Positions 53,401 to 61,501 of a DNA stretch of 64,000 nucleotides are shown piece after piece. This stretch comes from Mytilus californianus (lineage: Eukaryota), in the NCBI RefSeq assembly GCF_021869535.1, contig NW_026262604.1:1054001-1118000 (forward strand). Reading direction: 5' to 3'. Below the pieces are notes generated by a model that saw nothing but the letters and a program-made list of their open reading frames with translations, had not been told where the DNA came from and made no database searches. The position numbers were made by a program, and so were the translations under genes. Position 1 is the first letter of the stretch. Each line of letters starts with the position of its first letter.

Positions 53401-54499
53401 TGTATGCCTAGCTGACCCTAAATAAAGCTTAACTATTCAGATCGCATTTTGATCAAGATCAACATGGCAATTTCTGTCTAGTCTTTGTTTAGTAGTTTAA
53501 GAATGAAATGAATATGACTATATCTTTAATATTTCCAGGAGCGACGATCCTTATGACACACTTATCAGTGTTGTTCCAGCAAACAAGGCACTTAAAACTT
53601 CCAAAGAAATGGCGGCGAAAGGATACATTGAAGGTCCTGATCCCAGTCCCGTTATAAACCTCAATGAAGGAGATCACATCGAGATTGCATTTAGAGGGAA
53701 TATTTGTGACACTACTAACAGACCACCATTATTTGTGTACAATTCAAATATTGTCTCGGAACTGGAAGTTTACCTTTCGGAAGTTGATAAATACTTACAA
53801 AAGAACTTCCGAGTGTATCGCGGAAAGATACAAATTTATCGATGCTATTGCGATGTGAAGGACAAAAAAGCCAAACGACAAATGTCTGTTGCAGAGGATA
53901 TTGCGCAATCTGCCATTGCAGAAAAGATCAAACAACACTTATGTGATATTCCAATAAATATTCCGAAGGTATGACATTTCATCAACTTTGAACTATTTAC
54001 TAGAGTAATAATCTGTATACAGTCTAACAAAATCAGTTGTCCTATTTTATTTAAGGCTATTTATAAAAACAAACTTATCATAGACTCTCATTGCACCGAA
54101 TAGTAGTTCTTTCAAGGAAGATGATTTGTATAGACTTAACAGAGAGGCAGAAAATATCAAAGGGATATTCAAACTCATGACAAACTGACAACACCATGCC
54201 AAACAACGAAAAACGACCAAAAAGACAAACAACATATACAAAACACAACATAGAAATAAAGACTGAGCAACACGAATCCCACCAAAAACCGGGGATGATC
54301 TCAGGTGCTCCGAAAGGTTTAGCAGATCCAGCTCCACATGTGACCTGGTCTGCACATTAAATAAACATTGTACCTAACTTTTGAAAAGAGAAAACATGGA
54401 CAAATTGATATGGAGAATAGAGAAAAATGGTCTAAAAATTAAAGAATACAGAAATGAAAACCATATTGATATACATTTTTTTTTTTAAATCATGTCTTA

Positions 54500-54547
<48 letters not shown>

Positions 54548-56396
54548 GCCGTCCGTCCATCAGTCCGTCAGTCCGTCAGTCATGTTTCTTGTCATTGCAA
54601 CTCCTCTCAAACCACACAACAGAATTTCACGAAACCTTTTTAGATAATAAGGCCATACTATGTAGTTGTGCATATCGACAGGAAATTACGATTCAATTCT
54701 TTTTCTAGTTACGCCCCTTTGAACTTATTTACTTTAATGTACTACTGCAACAGTTTGTCATCGCAACTCCTCTCAAACCACACAACAGAATTTCATGAAA
54801 CCTTTTCAGATAATAAGGACATACTACGTAGATGTGCATATCGACATGAAACTACGATTCAATTTTTTTTCCAGGAGGTACGCCCCTTTGAACTTATTTG
54901 CCCAATATACTACTGCAACCTTTTGTCATCGCAACTCCTCTCAAACCACACAACAGAATTTCACGAAACCTTTTTAGATAATAAGGACATACTATGTAGT
55001 TGTGCATATCGACAGGAAATTACGATTCAATGCTTTTTCTAGGAGTTACGCCCCTTTGAACTTATTTACTTTAATGTACTACTGCAACAGTTTGTCATCG
55101 CAACTCCTCTAAAACCACACAACAGAATTTCATGAAACCTTGTCAGATAATAAGGACATACTACGTAGATGTGCATATCGACAGGAAACTACGATTCAAT
55201 TTTTTTCCAGGAGTTACGCTCCTTTGAACTTATTTGCCCAATATACTACTGCAGCCTTTTGTCATCGCAACTCCTCCCAAACCACACAACAGAATTTCAT
55301 GAAACCTTTTCAGATAATAAGGACATACTACGTAGATGTGCATATCGACAGGAAATTACGATTCATTTTTTTTCCAGGAGTAACACCCCTTTGAACTTAT
55401 TTGCCCAATAATGGCAATATACTACTGCAGCCTTTTGTCATCGCAACTCCTCTCAAACCACACAACAGAATTTCATGAAACCTTTTCAGATAATAAGGAC
55501 ATACTATGTAGATGTGCATATTGACAGGAAATTATGATTCAATTTTTTTTTCTGATACAATTTTTTTTCTTACACTTATTTTATTTCTTCAATGACAGTG
55601 TGGGGATGTGGGGTATGTGAGCTCGCTCACTAAGGTTCTTTCATTCTGTTTTATTTGTTTTCTTCAGTACAATTTGGAGTCATCGCCAGTTCCAGTGAAA
55701 GCACCCGTTACCATAGTAAACGATTCTGATCCAATAAATGAAAATCTAATGCGCTATCTAGCTGTTGAAATGGGAGAGGAATGGCGTCGACTTGCTCAAA
55801 TACTGAATGTAAGCCGTGCACGGATGCAAGCAATTTTAAGAAATATACAAATCAGCGACGGAACGGAAGAAGATGCACGATATGAGATGTTGATGAGCTG
55901 GTTGAAGAAAATGCCAAAGGCAGTTGATAAGGTTAGTGGAATATAGTTTCATAGTCTTTTAAACAATGAAATACAAATTTGGAAAAACGTAAACTATGCT
56001 CCTTTAAAACATTACGGTACCTTTTGTGATTCTCAACTACAAATTCAAACTGACTTTCTAACCCCATGAAAATCATGAAAAAGTTGATACAACCACAAAC
56101 GACATGAAATTACAACTTAACCAAGCTGTGCTACTAATCAATTTCATGTTTTCGGTTTCCAAAACACATATGGACGACATATTTTATACCAATGGCTTTC
56201 TTACAAATGGTGCACATTGTTATTTTATATGACACATTAGATTTTGTTTATATACTTCCAATGCTTCAGCAACAATCATTTGTTTATTTTGCAGGTATCT
56301 ACATTAAATGGTGCTTTGATGAGATGTGGTAGAGACGACTTAACGGAAGAAATACAAAAACGTAACAAGGAGTTCCGAATGCAACATATTCATTGA
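27009..56396 (+). CDS. DTHD1: Death domain-containing protein 1-like (ZU5-ZU5-UPA-Death), 12 coding exons, 1001 aa: join(27009..27711,39468..39852,43506..43689,47105..47239,48151..48333,49761..49889,50616..50862,51810..51939,52942..53055,53539..53968,55668..55931,56295..56396)
   Basis: All 11 introns are GT-AG with matching phases (1,2,0,0,0,0,1,2,2,0,0). The joined length is 3006 nt with no internal stop, and an in-frame TGA (26997-26999) lies upstream of the ATG. The UPA-like segment KQRSDDPYDTLISVVP..GPDPS..EGDHIEIAFRGNI and a C-terminal death domain fit the PIDD/DTHD1 type. No LRR or ankyrin repeats are present. Orthology is from memory. Confidence 0.85.
27738..27930 (-). mobile_element. 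GAGGG-terminal MITE, family 1, degenerate, about 27 bp after the exon 1 donor
   Basis: Ends ...TAAACCCTGTACAGACCCTC and carries the internal TTATTCTCT subrepeats. Confidence 0.7.
28012..28926 (+). mobile_element. 5'-truncated Penelope-like retroelement: RT C-terminal remnant plus 3' UTR
   Basis: 28012-28287 reads AFTKFYHRYKDIIRKYSSTCRLLIRSGISHPIFYGNILYKAQK...SLHRH*, resembling recalled C-termini of invertebrate PLE reverse transcriptases; its tail recurs at 14650 and 36601. Confidence 0.65.
29040..29298. mobile_element. Foldback MITE with ~90-bp TIRs
   Basis: CCAATCTGATT ... AATCAGATTGG; flanks AATAAACC / AATAAATC suggest an imperfect 8-9 bp TSD. Confidence 0.75.
29735..30174 (-). mobile_element. 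3' end of a second Penelope-like family
   Basis: The minus strand reads KLLNQEFQMVKLKPSLRKF, then after a 1-nt frameshift YGRHHELVDRYGITVSQMISDMFLMS*; shorter tails at about 47845-48075, 54140-54340, 58430-58570 and 62330-62480. Confidence 0.65.
31700..32600. repeat. ~179-bp tandem repeat, 5 diverged copies, intron 1
   Basis: CAATATCATGTTTGCC anchor at 31720, 31901, 32077, 32255, 32434. Confidence 0.93.
35913..36300 (+). mobile_element. Unclassified element with a ~157-bp hairpin, TGACGTCA and CCAATCA
   Basis: GATTCCA (35913) pairs with TGGAATC (36069); loop centre GCGCGAGGCTTGCCGAGC. Confidence 0.7.
36601..36670 (+). mobile_element. 3' tail fragment of the family at 28012-28926
   Basis: Near-identical to 28860-28926. 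Confidence 0.7.
37615..38004. mobile_element. Kolobok-like MITE, complete, 390 bp
   Basis: TTAA|GGATGTTCGC ... GTGAACCTCC|TTAA; same family as 10987-11373. Confidence 0.85.
39468..39852 (+). CDS. DTHD1: Coding exon 2: Glu/Lys/Ala-rich coiled coil
   Basis: Acceptor ttctttcattccag|, donor TTTGA|gtgagt, phase 1 in and 2 out; overlaps ORF 39521..39856. Confidence 0.9.
40017..40264 (+). mobile_element. tRNA-derived SINE
   Basis: GGGGGACCTCGGTGGCCAAG head, conserved core, CAAT-repeat tail. Confidence 0.82.
41061..41228 (-). mobile_element. Retrozyme/PLE-LTR-like fragment with a degenerate type I hammerhead ribozyme (core about 41082-41127)
   Basis: Minus strand GAGCGTCA-CAAATGA-GTC-TTTTTGTA-GGC-GAAA-C-GCGC-GTC-TGTCGT; the CUGAUGA box is mutated. 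Confidence 0.7.
41398..41636 (-). mobile_element. tRNA-derived SINE with (CAAT)n tail
   Basis: (ATTG)n at 41398-41428; B box GAGTTCGAATCCC on the minus strand. Confidence 0.85.
43506..43689 (+). CDS. DTHD1: Coding exon 3: start of first ZU5 domain
   Basis: Acceptor ttgttttatag|, donor GAT|gtaagt; encodes IVLENGDVGCVV...EELVSSILRLSP. Confidence 0.9.
44066..44470. repeat. Three ~115-130-bp tandem units preceded by one inverted motif
   Basis: AAATCTCGTCTC near 44142, 44256 and 44385; GCGAGACGAGAT near 44068. Confidence 0.8.
46425..46782 (+). mobile_element. Helentron-type non-autonomous element (HINE-like), partial
   Basis: 3' hairpin GTGAGC-CTT-GCTCAC (46755-46769) followed by CTAGTT; CGCAACTCCTC core motif shared with 54500-55640. 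Confidence 0.55.
47105..47239 (+). CDS. DTHD1: Coding exon 4 (ZU5-1), absent from the ORF track
   Basis: Acceptor tttttattctag|, donor AAG|gtaaaa; 135 nt, VPVYICVPFTLSRTSAHSREPFIKAEINGRWSDLETREVTFDHHK. Confidence 0.9.
47395..47640 (+). mobile_element. Second SINE family (Meta-domain-like), degenerate
   Basis: TGGTATTTGATGCTTCCCCGCCTAGCACGCGTCATTAAGAAGTAACAGCAAGAC resembles the recalled bivalve Meta-SINE core. Confidence 0.55.
48151..48333 (+). CDS. DTHD1: Coding exon 5 (end of ZU5-1, start of ZU5-2), absent from the ORF track
   Basis: Acceptor ttattttaag|, donor CAG|gtacgt; 183 nt, EAKFAQAELKTFAKFAVMTRLKRD...QRVTLTVPKETF..VLLQ. Confidence 0.9.
49206..49394 (+). mobile_element. GAGGG-terminal MITE, family 1
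   Basis: Left TIR GAGGGTCTGGATGGGG is intact, right TIR degenerate, TSD not clear. Confidence 0.75.
49761..49889 (+). CDS. DTHD1: Coding exon 6 (ZU5-2)
   Basis: Acceptor attttttaag|, donor ACT|gtgagt; VQPVD...SSPIIKI...KPIT. Confidence 0.9.
50330..50500 (-). mobile_element. Retrozyme/PLE-LTR-like fragment with a degenerate type I hammerhead ribozyme (core about 50367-50412)
   Basis: Minus strand GAGCGTTA-CTGATGA-GTC-GTTTGTA-GAC-AAAA-C-GTGC-GTC-TGGCGT; GAAA is mutated to AAAA; homologous to 41061-41228. Confidence 0.75.
50616..50862 (+). CDS. DTHD1: Coding exon 7 (ZU5-2 with charged helical insertion)
   Basis: Acceptor ttattttttaag|, donor GATG|gtaggt; begins VTIPCPP and overlaps ORF 50667..50876. 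Confidence 0.88.
51358..51741. mobile_element. Degenerate Kolobok-like MITE
   Basis: Internal homology to 10987-11373; eroded TIRs. Confidence 0.65.
51810..51939 (+). CDS. DTHD1: Coding exon 8 (end of ZU5-2)
   Basis: Acceptor ttttgccgtttgtag|, donor GATAG|gtaaga; LLYLLTQSSNGKWTVL. Confidence 0.88.
52606..52830 (+). mobile_element. 5'-truncated tRNA SINE with a 14-bp TSD, nested in an older repeat
   Basis: TCATTGCTGGAGGC at 52592-52605 and 52831-52844. Confidence 0.9.
52942..53055 (+). CDS. DTHD1: Coding exon 9 (start of UPA-like domain)
   Basis: Acceptor tatatttacag|, donor CAAAG|gtatgt; phase 2-2. Confidence 0.88.
53539..53968 (+). CDS. DTHD1: Coding exon 10 (UPA-like domain)
   Basis: Acceptor atatttccag|, donor AAG|gtatga; overlaps ORF 53609..53974. 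Confidence 0.92.
54500..55640 (+). mobile_element. Complete HINE/DINE-1-like (Helentron-associated) element with about 6 core repeats of ~168 bp
   Basis: 5' hairpin ATTATACCC..GGGTATAAT (54500-54535), (GTCC/GTCA)n microsatellite 54550-54582, core anchors at about 54591/54757/54926/55095/55261/55438, 3' subTIR GGGGTAT (55610-55616) and hairpin GTGAGC-TC-GCTCAC (55617-55630). Confidence 0.85.
55668..55931 (+). CDS. DTHD1: Coding exon 11 (death domain)
   Basis: Acceptor ttttcttcag|, donor AAG|gttagt; LMRYLAVEMGEEWRRLAQILNVS...YEMLMSWLKK is a typical death-domain pattern. Confidence 0.93.
56295..56396 (+). CDS. DTHD1: Coding exon 12 (last death-domain helices and stop)
   Basis: Acceptor ttattttgcag|; VSTLNGALMRCGRDDLTEEI...HIH*, with TGA at 56394-56396. 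Confidence 0.92.
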   Translation, partial: VSTLNGALMRCGRDDLTEEIQKRNKEFRMQHIH

Positions 56397-56445
56397 GTGA
56401 TCAGTGTAAAAAATAGACATGGTAAACATACATTGAATTTATCTT

Positions 56446-56600
56446 CACGTGATATTGCAATAGGATCAACCCGCACATGATATTGCAATAGGATTAACCC
56501 GCACGTGATATTGCAATAGGATTAACCCGCACGTGATATTTCAATAGGATTAACCCGGGCGTGATATAACAATAGGGTGAATCATCACGTGATATCGCAA
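56446..56600. repeat. 28-bp minisatellite, about 5.5 copies, in the putative 3' UTR
   Basis: Unit CACGTGATATTGCAATAGGATTAACCCG at 56446, 56474, 56502, 56530, 56558, 56586. Confidence 0.95.
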
Positions 56601-56721
56601 TATTTACAATATGACTACTTTGCTTACACTAGCGTTTTTTTCTTGGGAACATTAAAGTAACAGAGGTATCACCTTGAGAGACTAGAAGTTGAAACATGAG
56701 GTCTGGTTGTAGTTCATTAGT

Positions 56722-57292
56722 AATGAGTATGTTAGATAAGGACCTAAAATGGACCCTATTTTTAACTACAATTTCAAATAAGAATTTATTGACCAAAATT
56801 ACAATGATTCATAGCTAAAGCAAAGACTAGATAGGAAACATGTCTTTTCGTTTAAAATTCACGTGCTTGTGTTCTATTCATGACGTCACAAATAGCACTC
56901 GTTTTGGTTTTTCTCGAAAATTCAGTGAAAACGAGTAAATTTCAATTGATTGTTTTGACATAGAGCGCATGCGTTGACAAAAAGATCTTTTAATATAATG
57001 TTTGCTATAACATTTTACATATTTAACTTGAATATCTAGTTTATTGACTCGTGCTCTCTATGTTCCCTAGGCCTGAATCTGGTCGAAATCTGGGAGATTT
57101 TGTCAAATTTCGCAAAAATCTCTATGTTTGGCCTAATTTGGGATGTAAAAATTAACGTTTTAAAATAAAATTGACAAAATAGTTCTATTTAACTTTCTCA
57201 CATGTCTTTTCGTCAACTTAAAACGTTTTTTATCTTGAAACATTGAACTTTATAATCGGGGCCAAATATGGCTCATACCGAACTTACTCCTT
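56722..57292. mobile_element. Degenerate TIR element, possibly Kolobok-like
   Basis: AATGAGTATGTT versus AACTTACTCCTT (10/12 inverted match). Confidence 0.4.
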
Positions 57293-57860
57293 TGTCTTTG
57301 TATGAGGCGATTTCTTGAAAAAGATACAGTTATGAAACAGTCTTTCTATAGATTATAATGATAAAAATCAAAATGTTTGACGGTGAAGTTGCTATGAACC
57401 TTCAGTTTGTCCTTGCTATTGTGAAATATTTTCTATAAAAATCGTAAATTGTTTTTTTTTATAGTTATGATTTAAAGTTATAATTATATAACAATATAAC
57501 AGTTACTGTTAGAAAGTTTAGCAGATTTATGTAACTGCATGTTATTCACAGACTACATGCTTTGGCTATTTTATTTGTAGAAATGAGTGCAGTATGAATG
57601 AGTTTGTGCAATATATATTTAAATGTGTGTGGACAAAACATGCATGTCTTTCAAAACATTGAATGAAAATTATGCCTATGTATTACTGTAAATCAATATG
57701 ATTTTTTTAATTTCATGTTTCAGAGAATTTGTAAACAAGCTATTTACTCAGAAAAAGGTTATCTTTTTTGGTAACCTGCAATAATAACCATCTACAGTTT
57801 GTAGAATTATTCTGTTCATTCTCTCTTTGGAACAATGATTACAGCATTGTATGATATTCA

Positions 57861-58020
57861 TTGGCGGATCCAGTGGGTTGTTCCGGGGGTTGGAACCCCC
57901 GTTTTGTTCGATTTTCAAATTTTTTTCTAAATGATTTTTTTTTTCCTAAATTTTTTATAATTATGTGAACGTTCATGGTGTTCCGGGGGTTGGCACTCCT
58001 TTTCGAAAATGGCTGCATCC
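57861..58020. mobile_element. Degenerate GGCGGATCC-terminal MITE
   Basis: CATTGGCGGATCCAG ... CTGCATCCAC; a related copy at about 63060-63285. Confidence 0.5.
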
Positions 58021-58594
58021 ACGTCAGTGATATTGATCAAAGATTTCTTAACTCGTATGATATTTCAAAGCATGTCTTCCCTTTAAACTTCTGAACAATA
58101 GTTTCATTTTTGTAGGATAACCATTCATTTAGGTCATGCTTACTCGTACATTTACATGCAATAATAAATTATTATATAGTTTTTTTATAAAAAGAAATGC
58201 TGTAAGTTAGCCCAACCGTGTCGATCACTATGACATTTTTAGTCATTTAGAAAAAAGTAGTTTTAATGCAATTGTTCTCTTGGAAGAAAACGGAAGTGAC
58301 ACAAAGGTCATTAACTTGTTTTACCGCCTTTTACAAGTACATTTAAAGTTTATTCGAAAAGGAAAAGAAGATAAGTAGGAAGCATTCACAACCATTATAA
58401 GTCGACGACACCCCCATGGCAAAACGCAATACTAAGAAAAGACAAATAAAGGCTAGCAAATTATTTTACAAAACAAAAGATTGAGCACCAGGAACCCAAC
58501 AAAAAAACCCGGAAGGGAACGCCATGGCACCGGGAGGGTAACTAAATCCTGTTCAACTAGTGGCATTCAAAGTTATAAAGTTGATTAGCAGATA

Positions 58595-59118
58595 TGTGAT
58601 ATTTAAATGTGATGTTAGATTTACACGATATCTGTATGTGATGTTAAATTTACACGATATCTTTATGTGATGTTAAATTTACACGATATCAGTATGTGAT
58701 GTTAAATTTACACGATATCTTTATGTGATGTTAAATTTACACGATATCTGTATGTGATGTTAAATTTACACGATATCTTTATGTGATGTTAAACTTACAC
58801 GATATCTTTATGTGATTTTACTGTGCACGACATCGAAAAAAGATGTTAACTTGATACGATATCAATTTGTGATGTTAACTTTACATGATATCGATATGTG
58901 ATGTGAACTTTACATGATATCGATATGTGATGTTAACTTTACATGATATCGATATGTGATGTTAACTTTACATGATATCGTTAAGTGATATTAACTTTAC
59001 ATGATATCAATATGTGATGTTAAGTTTATATGATATCGATATGTGATGTTAACTTTACATGATATCGATATGTGATATTAACTTTACATGATATCGTTAA
59101 GTGATGTTAAATTTACAT
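58595..59118. repeat. 29-bp minisatellite in two sub-arrays
   Basis: ATGTGATGTTAAATTTACACGATATCT(G/T)T (about 58607-58815) and ATGTGATGTTAACTTTACATGATATCGAT (about 58868-59118). Confidence 0.95.
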
Positions 59119-59639
59119 ATTAAGTATGTTTAGTTTATTCTACGCATTTATATTAAGATGTTATAGTATTTTGATGTTTAATGAAGGTCCACAACTTTTG
59201 TGATTTTAAACAAAATCCGTCCATATTTTGTCTTATATCATGTAATTTGTTATATGTTTAAATAAACACAAATACATACATATAGATTGCTATTTCTAAG
59301 GCATGTGTATAACCAATACAATTTCTTTTGGTATACCCAATATAACTCTCTAGTATTCCTAACACTAAAAGTGGGGCTCATATTCCGTCTGTCCGTTCGT
59401 CTATTCCTCCAAAAATATTTTCGTCACATGTTAACCAGGAACCACCAAACAGAATGACTTCATATTTTGAAACACCTTGAGCACCTTTGGTTCCTTTCAG
59501 ACATCAACTTCCTAATTGCCAAAATTTAAAATATAATTTGATACGTTGAATGAATTTTAAAATGTCCGTCAAACATTTCTTAAGTACTACAGACCAGAAT
59601 GACTTCATCATCGGTCATCAGCTTCACACTAATAAGTTT

Positions 59640-59870
59640 TAATTTTATTTTGGATGTAAAACGTCTTCTGATTGGTTGAAAGTTTTTGTCTATCAGCTCA
59701 TAGACATAATTTTGTCATGTGACCGTGACGTCATCAACGTTTTTTCTTGATTTACTCCTTAAAAATGGAATTTAGAATTCAATTATAAGGAATGACTGTA
59801 ATATTTGTTCTGTCTATTCGAAATACCTTCAAAAATGTGGTGCACACTTTTAAATAACCAGCTACGCGAA
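59640..59870 (-). mobile_element. Truncated copy of the hairpin/TGACGTCA element at 12819-13130
   Basis: Reverse-complement homology; carries CTGATTGG and TGACGTCA. Confidence 0.75.
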
Positions 59871-60179
59871 ACTTTCGGAATAACGAGTAGGAGTTTGCAA
59901 AGCACGACAATGCGTGCATTCTTGTTCAACATTATAAACAAAATTAAAAGATCCATCGGAAAACAAACGCTTTTGTTATTTTTTCTTTCTTTAATATTTA
60001 GGGAGTTATGGGGAGTGGGTTGTCCATGTTTTTGCTCGTCTCTGTGCACAGTATACAATTGCAAACTGCAAGCTTTATAGAACGATGGATTGTGATAATT
60101 CTGAAAATAAAATACTATTTTAGACATTTTGTGCGTTCGACGCACTGTTTTGGATTTACCTCAAACCTATTCATTTGAT

Positions 60180-60560
60180 AGCTAGGGATGTATAAATATG
60201 TAGACCAGTTAGGAGCTATATGACCTTCAATCTAGTTTAACCCCGCGACATCATGTATGTGCCTGTCCCAAGTCAGTAGCCTGTAATTCATTTGTTGTCG
60301 TTTGCTGATGTGCAACATATTTGTTTTTCGTTCTTTATTTTGTACATTTATTAGGCCGTTAGTTTTCTCGTTTGAATAGTTTTACATTTGTCATTTCGAG
60401 GCATTTTATAGCTGACTATGCGGTATGGGCTTTGCCCACTTGTTGATGGCCGTACATTGACCTATATATAGTTGTTAATTTCTGTGTCATTTGGTCTCTT
60501 GTGGAGAGTTGTCTCATTGACAATCATACCACATCTTCTTATTTTTATATGTATTCTTAA
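60180..60560 (-). mobile_element. Abundant dispersed repeat, long copy
   Basis: ...TCATTTGGTCTCTTGTGGAGAGTTGTCTCATTGACAATCATACCACATCTTCTTATTT end. Confidence 0.7.
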
Positions 60561-60672
60561 GTTTAAATTTTCTATGATTAACTTTGCAACTTTGAACATT
60601 TTAATGATCCCGTTTTCTTCTCCGCAACTTTTCTGTCAGCAGAATAGTCACTATAAACATTGAATTATTTAA

Positions 60673-60912
60673 AGGAGCCTTGGTGGCCAAGTGGATTAAG
60701 TAGTCACTAGCCTGTCAACACCGTGGTTGTGAGTTCGTACCCTGTATGTGGCAGGAGCATTCGCCTTCAATCTTAATTAACTAGGATTGATTAATCAGTT
60801 TTCCTGCCGAAGGTCGGTGGCTCTCTCCGGGCAATCCGCTTCCTCCACCAATAAAGACTGATCGCCCTGAAATAGCCAATAGTGCTGACAGTGGCGTTAA
60901 ACATCAATCAAT
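60673..60912 (+). mobile_element. tRNA-derived SINE, near full length
   Basis: GGAGCCTTGGTGGCCAAGTGG head, GAGTTCGTACCC B box, CAAT tail. Confidence 0.85.
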
Positions 60913-61388
60913 CATCCATATAAAACGGAATGTGATGTTCAAGTCTAACAATGGCTGCCTGTTATTCTTCGTGGGAATCAGTTGTTTAAAGATTAGATGA
61001 CAGTAATAATGCTTCTCGTCATTACAAAACACTAGGATGGTTATCTCCCTTGAAACATACGGGTATTGGAGTGACCCTTGTTGTCAGAGCCAAACAGATA
61101 AAGGACAGGGAACCAGTCTATACAAAAAACACGACCAGCAAAAGTAAAAAATCTTCTACGAGAACGCTCAACCCATTAAAGTTGAAAAGAATTTATAATA
61201 AATAGATACAAATATAAAAAGTTAAGAGCTAAATGACAAAAAGAAATATTAAAGAACAGCCAAATTCATCTTCGATCAATTTTGCATGAGTCAGTTGGAA
61301 CCTGAATTAAAAAAAAAACTATGCGAAAGAAAAAAGCCATATTGCCCTGTAAAATCGAGAACAGTCGCACTAATTACATGAGGAATGT

Positions 61389-61501
61389 GAGGGTCTTGAT
61401 GAGGTTTACATAATAAAGAAAAAGCGGCAAAATAAGGAATAGATAAAAATAGCATATAATTTAATAAAATAGAATAGAAGACACCCCCAATCCAGACCCT
61501 C
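61389..61501 (+). mobile_element. GAGGG-terminal MITE, family 1, short
   Basis: GAGGGTCTTGATGAGG ... CCCCAATCCAGACCCTC; TSD not evident. Confidence 0.75.

Noticed and set aside
54668-55411. Repetitive ORFs before exon 11
   Set aside because: They are translations of the HINE core repeats.
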